A stretch of 32,837 nt of DNA from a virus (taxonomy: Duplodnaviria; Caudoviricetes). A program made the translations under genes and the position numbers. Of this stretch, positions 7,327-14,838 are shown piece after piece (position 1 is the stretch's first letter; each line of letters opens with the position of its first letter). The DNA is taken from positions 1-32,837 of the IMG/VR virus record IMGVR_UViG_3300032212_000107; one strand, written 5' to 3'. The notes beneath the pieces were generated by a model. It did no database searches. It had not been told where the DNA came from and worked only from the letters and a program-made list of their open reading frames with translations.

Positions 7327-7541
7327 TGGTAGATAACAACAGATATTATGACCTTCAAGACGATGACCGCACCGATGAACAACTTGAACAGGATGAAGAA
7401 ATAATTATAGCCTTATCAGAAATGCATTATTTCGTGCCTCAAGATGATCATGATATGTTTTGTAAGATTTGCGACAAATACATAACGGATTCTGATCATT
7501 ATCAGACACCACCATTTATTAAACCAGATCAAGCAATATAG
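7317..7541 (+). CDS. Acidic hypothetical protein
   Basis: H...CxxC...H motif; coupled to the upstream ORF. Confidence 0.55.
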   Translation: MGMMVDNNRYYDLQDDDRTDEQLEQDEEIIIALSEMHYFVPQDDHDMFCKICDKYITDSDHYQTPPFIKPDQAI

Positions 7542-7552
7542 GCAGGTATAAA

Positions 7553-7747
7553 ATGAACTTTGCAGAACTAATGGCTTCAACAGACCAGTTGAATTATAAC
7601 CTTCTCAGAACCACTCCAGATAGCGCTGGTGAAGTAATGAGCCACGAGGCTATTAAGGAAGCATTAAGCCTATCAGATGGCAGGGCAGAACTACTGAGAG
7701 CAAGCTTTAATAATGATATTGATTTTGATAACAAGACAGGTAATTAA
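7553..7747 (+). CDS. Hypothetical protein
   Basis: 64 aa, AGGT RBS. Confidence 0.55.
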   Translation: MNFAELMASTDQLNYNLLRTTPDSAGEVMSHEAIKEALSLSDGRAELLRASFNNDIDFDNKTGN

Positions 7748-7748
7748 A

Positions 7749-8528
7749 ATGACTAACAACGCAGAGAAGAAAGAGCTAGTAGAGCATACAGAAAACAACG
7801 CGATACCATTGATTGACGGTAAGCCCGATTTGTTGGCCTATGCCATTCAGCAGGGGTCGAGTATTGAAACCATCGAGAAGATGATGGATTTGAAAGAGCG
7901 TAACGATAAGTACGAAGCTGAAAAGCAATTCATCGACGCTATGAACAAGTTTCGCGCTACTTGTCCGACAGTGGAAAAGACCAAGCAAGGCCATAATTGT
8001 AAGTATGCCGGACTATCTGAGAGTATCGACCAGATAAAAGAAACCGAGGCGGCTTGTGGTTTAAGTCATCGATGGACAACCGGCAAGGCTGATGATGGTC
8101 AAACCGTTGTTACTTGTATCGTTTCGCATATCGCAGGTCATGCAGAAAGCACGACATTAAGCGGCGAACCTGATACCAGCGGAAGTAAAAACAGCATTCA
8201 AGCCATTGGCTCGACAGTTTCTTATTTGCAGCGTTACACATTGTTTGCAACTTTGGGTATAGCGGCAGGCGATGAGGACACAGACGGCAACTCAGTTAAT
8301 CTGGCGGCGCTTCAAGATGCTATTAAAGATAATTTCATGAGTATTTATGAGATTAAGTACGGAATAGCAGCGGGTGACTTGTATCGTGCTGGTGAGGCAT
8401 GGTTTGAGCTACCCAAAGAGACTCAAAACGCCTTATGGGTAGCGCCCACTAAAGGCGGTATTTTCACCACAACAGAAAGGAAGGTTATGAAAGAAGATTT
8501 AAGAAGCGCTTATTACGATAAGCAGTAA
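7749..8528 (+). CDS. erf: ERF-family single-strand annealing recombinase
   Basis: KYA.L..I...GL...V.C...H..GH.E...QAIGSTVSYLQRYTL...GI...D.DG signature; start at ATG 7749. Confidence 0.92.
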   Translation: MTNNAEKKELVEHTENNAIPLIDGKPDLLAYAIQQGSSIETIEKMMDLKERNDKYEAEKQFIDAMNKFRATCPTVEKTKQGHNCKYAGLSESIDQIKETEAACGLSHRWTTGKADDGQTVVTCIVSHIAGHAESTTLSGEPDTSGSKNSIQAIGSTVSYLQRYTLFATLGIAAGDEDTDGNSVNLAALQDAIKDNFMSIYEIKYGIAAGDLYRAGEAWFELPKETQNALWVAPTKGGIFTTTERKVMKEDLRSAYYDKQ

Positions 8529-8559
8529 TCCTGTCCATCTCCCTGCGTTGGGAGTGTTT

Positions 8560-8587
8560 CCCGCCCTATCCTTTGGGCGGGCTTTTT
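8560..8587 (+). terminator. Rho-independent terminator
   Basis: CCCGCCC-N8-GGGCGGG-CTTTTT after erf. Confidence 0.75.
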
Positions 8588-8603
8588 AATTTAGAGGTGA
8601 GTT

Positions 8604-8786
8604 ATGAGCGAAGTATATGGCACAAATGAAAGTTTAGTTATAGATGATGAGGTTGATAGTGACGGCGAGTTGAATATTGTCATGATTACCAATTATGGTG
8701 ATAACAGACTAGCGGACACATGGATAGACAAAGACATGGCAGAAAGAATAATACTAAAACTCGGAAAAGTCTTCGATATTGTCTAA
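8604..8786 (+). CDS. Hypothetical acidic protein
   Basis: 60 aa, GAGGTG RBS. Confidence 0.6.
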   Translation: MSEVYGTNESLVIDDEVDSDGELNIVMITNYGDNRLADTWIDKDMAERIILKLGKVFDIV

Positions 8787-8787
8787 T

Positions 8788-8828
8788 TTGTAACCACCAC
8801 CAAAAACCATTAAAATACCTTATACAAT
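8788..8828 (+). promoter_or_regulatory. Candidate late promoter with a downstream -10-like element
   Basis: TTGTAA (8788-8793)-N17-TAAAAT (8811-8816); TACAAT at 8823-8828. Confidence 0.55.
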
Positions 8829-8841
8829 CGGAGTCTTTGCT

Positions 8842-9024
8842 ATGACTGAGTTAGAAGAAAGAGTTAATCGATTTGAAGCTATACAGCCCTTAGACCCATT
8901 CACGTTTTCAGCCAGCCATCCAGAACGATCAGCACCCGGCTTTGATGTATATCAAAAACCAAAGCTGGATTATGATAAACTACAGTTTGACGCTTATAAC
9001 GAACTAATGACCTCGCAGGATTGA
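8842..9024 (+). CDS. Hypothetical protein
   Basis: 60 aa, GGAG RBS. Confidence 0.55.
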   Translation: MTELEERVNRFEAIQPLDPFTFSASHPERSAPGFDVYQKPKLDYDKLQFDAYNELMTSQD

Positions 9025-9026
9025 TC

Positions 9027-9104
9027 ATGGCAACAAAGAAGAAACCTTGCCCGAAAAAGAAAAAGCCGACACCTAAGAAAAAACCGCGCACTAAATACGC
9101 ATAG
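9027..9104 (+). CDS. Very basic 25-aa peptide
   Basis: MATKKKPCPKKKKPTPKKKPRTKYA*; AGGA RBS at 9017-9020; fills the gap between two genes. Confidence 0.55.
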   Translation: MATKKKPCPKKKKPTPKKKPRTKYA

Positions 9105-9114
9105 GATTAATTCA

Positions 9115-9528
9115 ATGTCTGACGACAAAAAGGAAAAAAAGGGCTATGACAATCAAAAGATACTCGGCTTTCCTCAAAAAATGCTGCACTGGTTTATTTA
9201 TGTGCTTTTAGGGTCAGTTGTTTTGACGGCGGTAAGTCAGCTATTTGGCTTGCCCTCTGCGGTTGCCAACAATAAAAACAGAATAGACGTACTAGAAAGA
9301 GTTGTTCAAGAAAACAAGCAGATAAGTCAGGATTTATTAAAAGCCGTTAATCATCAAAATGTTATTAATAACGACATGCTAAAAGGCGTGCAAAGTATCA
9401 GTAAGCAAACAGAGAGAACTAATAAACTTCTAAAGGACATCAACGAAACAAACATAAAAATAATCAGTAAGTCAGTCGAACAAGACGTAAGAATGTCTAA
9501 TTTAGAACGAATTACCTATAAAGACTGA
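9115..9528 (+). CDS. Single-TM coiled-coil membrane protein (lysis-cassette-like)
   Basis: N-terminal hydrophobic helix followed by a long heptad-rich region. Confidence 0.55.
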   Translation: MSDDKKEKKGYDNQKILGFPQKMLHWFIYVLLGSVVLTAVSQLFGLPSAVANNKNRIDVLERVVQENKQISQDLLKAVNHQNVINNDMLKGVQSISKQTERTNKLLKDINETNIKIISKSVEQDVRMSNLERITYKD

Positions 9529-9878
9529 TGGAAGAATACTTAAAAATCCTTAGCTCTTTATTCACGCCAGCACAGCAATCAGCGCTCGCCATTATTACTA
9601 TTGGCGTAATGTCATTATTACAGGTCTTTAAGAATATCTATTTTGGTTTTTGGCCTGAAAGAAGCCGATTAAGAAAAACAGCAATTATATGGATGTTTGG
9701 ATTTACTATTGGTATAGCCGCAGGAATAGCCGGATATTATTTGCAACTCACTAAGCAGCCGCTATGGTTTTGGATATTTACCGGAATAACATCAGGCGTG
9801 CTGGCTATCGGTTCGTTTAAGCTGTTAATTGAGATTATCTGGCCAAGGCTTAAGGCTGTAGTTAAAAAGCCAGCATAA
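9528..9878 (+). CDS. Putative holin (three TM segments)
   Basis: 116 aa, three hydrophobic helices, basic C-terminus. Confidence 0.6.
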   Translation: MEEYLKILSSLFTPAQQSALAIITIGVMSLLQVFKNIYFGFWPERSRLRKTAIIWMFGFTIGIAAGIAGYYLQLTKQPLWFWIFTGITSGVLAIGSFKLLIEIIWPRLKAVVKKPA

Positions 9879-9913
9879 TGATAAAATCAGTCATAATTTT
9901 AAAGGTGGAATAA

Positions 9914-10357
9914 ATGGCTGTTGTATTATTTTCATTCAAACATAAAGGCACTGATCAAGAGCGGGGCCATAGAAGGGGCGATCCTATTGTTGCCATGCGT
10001 AACAATCATGTATGGGGCGCTGGTGAAGATAAGCGGGCGCACTTGGCTTTATATGGAAATACTGATAATTGGACAGATGCAACAGTATTAATAAAAATAA
10101 CAGGTATGTCTGTTGCAAGGGCCACAGCCCTAATGAATCGAGATACAAGACCAGCCGGTATTACAGACCCAGAATTCAATTCTCCTGATGCAGAGGATAG
10201 GGTTGTGCAGTTGGCCCGCAAAAGGTGGCGTGTTCGTTTTGCGGAAATGCCCTTAGCTTGGAGAAGCGCATTAAATAACATCGGTTATCTTGAGGTCACA
10301 ATAGATCAGATTAGGCCATATTTCAGGCATCGTAGAACAGATACGCAGATCACCTAA
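9914..10357 (+). CDS. Hypothetical protein, first gene of the accessory fibre cassette
   Basis: 147 aa, AAGGTGG RBS, TAATG coupling to the next gene. Confidence 0.65.
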   Translation: MAVVLFSFKHKGTDQERGHRRGDPIVAMRNNHVWGAGEDKRAHLALYGNTDNWTDATVLIKITGMSVARATALMNRDTRPAGITDPEFNSPDAEDRVVQLARKRWRVRFAEMPLAWRSALNNIGYLEVTIDQIRPYFRHRRTDTQIT

Positions 10358-12078
10358 TGGCTGACCAAACATTTCAAATAGGTACAGGCGAGACTTACAC
10401 CACGATTGCAGGATGGGAAGCCGCTAGTGATGTGTCTACAGGATTTTGGAAAGGGGAGCTAAAAGATACTACTGCTTATGGTGGCGTTACTATTGCCGGT
10501 GTTACTGGCACACCTTCTATATCTAATTATGTTTGGTTATCAGCCACAAGTGGTAATAAGCATTCAGGTAAATCTGGGACAACACACGCAAGGATAGAGG
10601 CGAAAGGTGCTGGTGCTGTCACCATTTCCGACGACTTTACACGTATAGATGATATTGAGATAAGACTTGCAGGGTCAAATAACTCTGACGAAGCTATCAG
10701 GATTACAGCCAATACAAATGACGTATTAATATCACGATGTATTTTATGGACGAATACAACACAGGTTGACAAGGACGGTGTTTACACGGGGAATTGGGCA
10801 GCATCTTACAGTATTGATAACTGTATTATTTATGGGTTTTATCGCGCTGGATTAAATATTCAGAACTACTCAACAACTTCTACTACTCAAGATGTAAATA
10901 TTGATTATTGCACTATAGTAAAATGCGGTAGTTCTGGTGAGACTGAATCGTCAGGTATAAATTCAAGAACAGGTACGGGCGGCATTAATAATATTGCTGT
11001 GTATAATACAGGTTGTTTTGATACTGCAAGTACTTACGACGACTTTGGTAATGCGACTGAATCAGGCACTACTAATTGGTCAGGTACAAATAACGCCAGC
11101 TCAGACGCTTCTTTAACTTCTCGTGGTATTGCTACAAACGCACAAGAAAGTTTAACCACATCAGATACCACTCAATCTAGCGGCAGCTATGCAGTATTTC
11201 AAAGCAAGACGGTATCTAGTGAAGATTATCAGTTACTTGATGAGGCCGCAGGCAATCTATTAATCGGTAATGCTGTTAATCGCGTAGGCAGTGAACCAGA
11301 CGCAAGACAAGATTTTAGTTTAGATATTGTCGGCAATACCAGAAACACTACAGGGCCAAGTCCTGATATTGGTGCGAGTGATATTTTCACATCAGGCGCA
11401 GATATCAATATAAACGCGACCAGCGCCACGCACACTCAAACGACATACAATCCAGTTATTAGCTATGACGTAACTATAACGCCGACCAGCGCCGCGCATA
11501 CTCTCGCCACGTTTAATCCATCCGTATCTTATGATGTTGGTATTGATGCGACATCAAAGGCGCTAACGCACACCACATTTAATCCGGCTGTAAGCTTTGA
11601 TGTTGGCATAACCGCAACAACGGTTGTGTTTACTCAGACCACATATAATCCGGTGATTGATTTTGGCGCAGATACCGAAATAGTAGCAACCAGCGCCAGC
11701 CATACACTAACCACTTATAATCCGGCTGTCAGTTATGATTTAGACTTCACGCCTAACTCACAGGCGCAAACATTAACCACGTTTAATCCGGTTGTTGATT
11801 ATACCTATACGTTTGAACCAAACAGCAAAACATTAACGCAAACCACATATAATGTTATAATCGATTACGACACAGAGATTGAGGCGACTAGCCAAGCGCT
11901 AACGCAAACGGTTTATAATCCGGTTGTAAGTTATGACACTGGTATAGCGCCGGATGCGGAAGGCTTAGAATATACCCTTGTTGGAAATAGACTAGGTTAT
12001 GAGTTTAACGAGAATTTAACGCACTATGGATTTGAAAATAATAAAGTCCATTACGAATTTAACGATGAGGATTTATAA
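10357..12078 (+). CDS. Virion fibre/'rope' protein: beta-helix (pectate-lyase-like) domain + 22-aa repeats + C-terminal 9-aa repeats
   Basis: YTTI..W start, I..C.I/N-rich parallel beta-helix pattern, closing D..G..R...DIGA motif, then repeats. Confidence 0.7.
   Translation: MADQTFQIGTGETYTTIAGWEAASDVSTGFWKGELKDTTAYGGVTIAGVTGTPSISNYVWLSATSGNKHSGKSGTTHARIEAKGAGAVTISDDFTRIDDIEIRLAGSNNSDEAIRITANTNDVLISRCILWTNTTQVDKDGVYTGNWAASYSIDNCIIYGFYRAGLNIQNYSTTSTTQDVNIDYCTIVKCGSSGETESSGINSRTGTGGINNIAVYNTGCFDTASTYDDFGNATESGTTNWSGTNNASSDASLTSRGIATNAQESLTTSDTTQSSGSYAVFQSKTVSSEDYQLLDEAAGNLLIGNAVNRVGSEPDARQDFSLDIVGNTRNTTGPSPDIGASDIFTSGADININATSATHTQTTYNPVISYDVTITPTSAAHTLATFNPSVSYDVGIDATSKALTHTTFNPAVSFDVGITATTVVFTQTTYNPVIDFGADTEIVATSASHTLTTYNPAVSYDLDFTPNSQAQTLTTFNPVVDYTYTFEPNSKTLTQTTYNVIIDYDTEIEATSQALTQTVYNPVVSYDTGIAPDAEGLEYTLVGNRLGYEFNENLTHYGFENNKVHYEFNDEDL
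11401..11934 (+). repeat. Eight 22-aa (66-bp) coding repeats in two blocks of four
   Basis: Consensus D..I.ATS...T.TT(Y/F)NP.VSY; each block is preceded by GA(D). Confidence 0.9.
11962..12069 (+). repeat. Four 9-aa C-terminal repeats
   Basis: GLEYTLVGN / RLGYEFNEN / LTHYGFENN / KVHYEFNDE. Confidence 0.7.
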
Positions 12079-12536
12079 TGGCTATTAATGATTTGACATG
12101 GTTTGAGGAAGCGCTGGCCTATGTTCAGGACGGTGATTTTGGGTCAACCGATACGGTAAAAGTCGCTCTGATTACCTCGGCAGTTACACCAACGGCGGCT
12201 GATGCTGTTCCCGGTATGAATGTCGGAGCAACAACGACCTATACAGAAGTGACAGCGGGCGGCGGTTATACAGCAGGCGGCGAAACGCTTGACACCATCG
12301 CTAACATGACCACGGAAGCGGCGGGAGTAATGACGTTTGACGATACCGGCGCAAGTGTGACATGGACAAAAACAGCAGGAAGCCCAACTAATTGCCGTTA
12401 TGCTGTTGTTTACAATTCATCAGATACAGGATTAGAAAGGGCTTATTGCTTTATCGACTTAGGCGCTGATCGAGATTTAACGGCTGGGAATATTACGATT
12501 ACATGGCATGCTAACGGTCTAAGCCAGACAAGCTAA
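12078..12536 (+). CDS. Virion structural protein, putative fibre 'bead' subunit
   Basis: D..KVAL.TS...EV...GY.AGG..L...FD...W...YAV.Y...ID.G...ITW..G pattern of a widespread phage fibre-associated family. Confidence 0.65.
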   Translation: MAINDLTWFEEALAYVQDGDFGSTDTVKVALITSAVTPTAADAVPGMNVGATTTYTEVTAGGGYTAGGETLDTIANMTTEAAGVMTFDDTGASVTWTKTAGSPTNCRYAVVYNSSDTGLERAYCFIDLGADRDLTAGNITITWHANGLSQTS

Positions 12537-12877
12537 TGAGTAAAGCAACCGCAACACAAGAAAAAACAGCCTCGGAAGTCCGTACTATATCGGTTTCATT
12601 CAGTGGAAAGCTGGATAGCGGCGAGTTATGCACAGGCACACCGACTATAACGGAAGTAACAAGCTCTGATTTAACTCTGGCAAGTAAAGCGGTATCAACA
12701 GAAATCCTCGTTATTAATGGCGTATCTACTCCCATAGGCGAGGCGGTTCAATGTTCGGTAACAGGTGGCACGGCTGGTACTACTTACGAAATAAAGATTG
12801 CTGTTAGTACCGATGCAACACCCGCACAAACCTTATACGGAACTATCAAACTAAAGGTGGTTAGCGATACAAACTAA
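12536..12877 (+). CDS. Putative fibre-tail adaptor protein
   Basis: K...E......F...L..GE...V.GG.AG..Y.I...V.T...QT....I.L.V pattern. Confidence 0.65.
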   Translation: MSKATATQEKTASEVRTISVSFSGKLDSGELCTGTPTITEVTSSDLTLASKAVSTEILVINGVSTPIGEAVQCSVTGGTAGTTYEIKIAVSTDATPAQTLYGTIKLKVVSDTN

Positions 12878-12884
12878 ATCATTA

Positions 12885-12893
12885 TGTTATAAT
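12885..12893 (+). promoter_or_regulatory. Extended -10 promoter upstream of the packaging genes
   Basis: Intergenic TGTTATAAT. Confidence 0.5.
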
Positions 12894-12922
12894 CGTCTAA
12901 AATGCTGCTATAGGTGGCTATC

Positions 12923-13096
12923 ATGGCGAAAATATATGATTATCAGGCAGAGAAGAAAAAGCGGAAAATAAACGACTCTAAGCAAGTTCGTTTAAATGAA
13001 GATTTATTCTTTGAAGCTTACATGAACATGAAATACAGCGATGATGACGGCTTAAACGCTCAGATTAAATTCAGTATAAGCAGCAAGCACCATTAG
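12923..13096 (+). CDS. Hypothetical small protein
   Basis: ATG 12923 after AGGTGG; MAKIYDYQAEKKKRK. Confidence 0.55.
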   Translation: MAKIYDYQAEKKKRKINDSKQVRLNEDLFFEAYMNMKYSDDDGLNAQIKFSISSKHH

Positions 13097-13186
13097 GGGG
13101 TGATCCTTATCTATTACGGACGACTTACCCGACAAACAGACAAGGGATTGTCGCCTAATTAATTAACTTAGTCTGTGACTAGGGAG
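13095..13186 (+). promoter_or_regulatory. Structured leader of terS: extended SD-like site, stem-loop, and C(UGU)G hairpin over the RBS
   Basis: AGGGGGTGATCC at 13095-13106; GGACGAC..CCC/GGG..GTCGCC at 13118-13155; CTTAGTC-TGT-GACTAGG at 13167-13183. Confidence 0.5.
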
Positions 13187-13195
13187 TAATAGCCG

Positions 13196-13603
13196 GTGGC
13201 TAGTGCAGGACAACCAACTAAATACAATAAGCAAAAGCTCGAAACTACACTCGACTATATAAAAAACTATGCTGATTATGAAGATGTAATACCTAGCGTG
13301 GCGGGCCTTGCTGTCGTTTTGGAAGTATCAAAAAAGACGCTTTATAACTGGGCAGAAGTCAAAGAAAACAGCCAATTCTTACACGCTTTAAGTAGATTAG
13401 CGACAAGTCAAGAGCGTAGATTGTTAAACGGCGGGCTTTCTGGCTCATACAATCCAACCATTACAAAGCTAATATTAACCAATCACGGCTACACTGATAG
13501 ACCTAAAGAAGACTTTGATGATGAAGACGCGCCACCATTAGATATTAGTTTTGATGTAAAGCCGTCAGTATCAGAAATAAAAACAACAAATGCCAAGTCT
13601 TAA
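13196..13603 (+). CDS. terS: Terminase small subunit (P22 gp3-like)
   Basis: GQPTKY...IPSVAGLA..L.VS..TLY.W...GL.G.YN...KL.L.N.GY.D; directly upstream of terL. Confidence 0.88.
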   Translation: MASAGQPTKYNKQKLETTLDYIKNYADYEDVIPSVAGLAVVLEVSKKTLYNWAEVKENSQFLHALSRLATSQERRLLNGGLSGSYNPTITKLILTNHGYTDRPKEDFDDEDAPPLDISFDVKPSVSEIKTTNAKS

Positions 13604-14834
13604 CGCCCCACAAGACATATTCATAAACAAGCTGAACACGAAATACAGGGCTTTTGTTGGTGGCTTTGGTAGCTCTAAGACGTTTAGCGGTTGCTTGGAT
13701 TTATTGATATTCGCAGGCAAAAACCCAAAGACAAGGCAAGGCTATTTCGCGCCAACCTATTCAGACATTAAAGATATATTCTTCCCGACCATAGAGGAAG
13801 CGGCTCAAATGATGGGCTTCACTGTGGATATTAAGGTAGGCAATAAAGAAGTTCATTTGTATAGAGGCCGATTGTATTACGGCACGATTATATGTCGATC
13901 AATGGACAATCCCGCGTCAATAGTTGGATTTAAGATTGCACGCGCTTTAGTTGATGAAATAGACATACTACCAAAAGACAAAGCCAATACAGCATGGAAT
14001 AAGATTGTCGCACGACTCAGGCTTAAGCTTGATGGCATAGAAAACGGAATCAGTGTGACCACTACGCCGGAAGGGTTTAAATTCGTTTACTCTAAGTTTG
14101 CAGAAGACCCGACAGCATCTTATTCAATGGTGCAAGCCTCAACTTATGAAAATGAAGAATACTTGCCAGATGATTATATTGAAACCCTGATCGAGACCTA
14201 TCCGAGCGAATTAATAAACGCTTATATAATGGGTGAGTTTGTCAACTTGACGGCGGGAACTGTTTATAACGCTTATAACCGGGTAACACATCGAAGTAGC
14301 GAGACCATACAAGAAAAAGAGCCGCTACGGATAGGGATGGATTTTAATGTTACTAATATGAGTGCGGTTGTCTATGTATTGAGGGGTAAGGTTTGGCACG
14401 CTGTCGATGAATTAAAAGGCATTTACGATACGCCCGCCATGATAACAACCATTAAAGAACGATACCCAGATCATAATATTAGAGTTTACCCCGATGCCTC
14501 TGGTGGTAGCAGGAAAACAGTTGATGCTTCCACTTCCGACATAAGCTTATTAGAGCAAGCCGGATTTACTGTTTATGCGAATAAGTCAAATCCATTGGTA
14601 AAAGATAGGGTTTTATCGACTAACAAGGCGTTTTCTAGCGGTTTATTGCTTATTAATGATACAATGTGTTCTGAGTACTCGCGCTGCATGGAACAGTTGG
14701 CCTACGACAAAAACGGCGCACCAGATAAGTCCAGTAATATAGACCACTTACCAGACGCGGGAACTTATCCAATAGCTTATGAATTACCAATAATCAGGCC
14801 GGTGGCTAACTTAAACGTAAAATTTGCAAGGTGA
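13590..14834 (+). CDS. terL: Terminase large subunit
   Basis: Q motif, Walker A GGFGSSKT, Walker B ALVDE, TTTPEG coupling motif, nuclease GMDFN...DH..DA..Y. Confidence 0.95.
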   Translation: MPSLNAPQDIFINKLNTKYRAFVGGFGSSKTFSGCLDLLIFAGKNPKTRQGYFAPTYSDIKDIFFPTIEEAAQMMGFTVDIKVGNKEVHLYRGRLYYGTIICRSMDNPASIVGFKIARALVDEIDILPKDKANTAWNKIVARLRLKLDGIENGISVTTTPEGFKFVYSKFAEDPTASYSMVQASTYENEEYLPDDYIETLIETYPSELINAYIMGEFVNLTAGTVYNAYNRVTHRSSETIQEKEPLRIGMDFNVTNMSAVVYVLRGKVWHAVDELKGIYDTPAMITTIKERYPDHNIRVYPDASGGSRKTVDASTSDISLLEQAGFTVYANKSNPLVKDRVLSTNKAFSSGLLLINDTMCSEYSRCMEQLAYDKNGAPDKSSNIDHLPDAGTYPIAYELPIIRPVANLNVKFAR

Positions 14835-14838
14835 CGAA

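Noticed and set aside
11401-11934. 66-bp periodicity as a CRISPR array
   Set aside because: Repeats are degenerate at synonymous positions, in frame within an ORF, have no unique spacers, and no cas genes are present.
3765-12893. Exact 15-bp repeat TCATTATGTTATAAT at 3765-3779 and 12879-12893
   Set aside because: Both copies are intergenic and promoter-like, but one AT-rich 15-mer repeat is about what chance gives in 33 kb.
13659-13682. Terminase Walker A reading GSSKT instead of GSGKT
   Set aside because: Such variants occur in terminases and the other motifs are intact; not evidence of a pseudogene.
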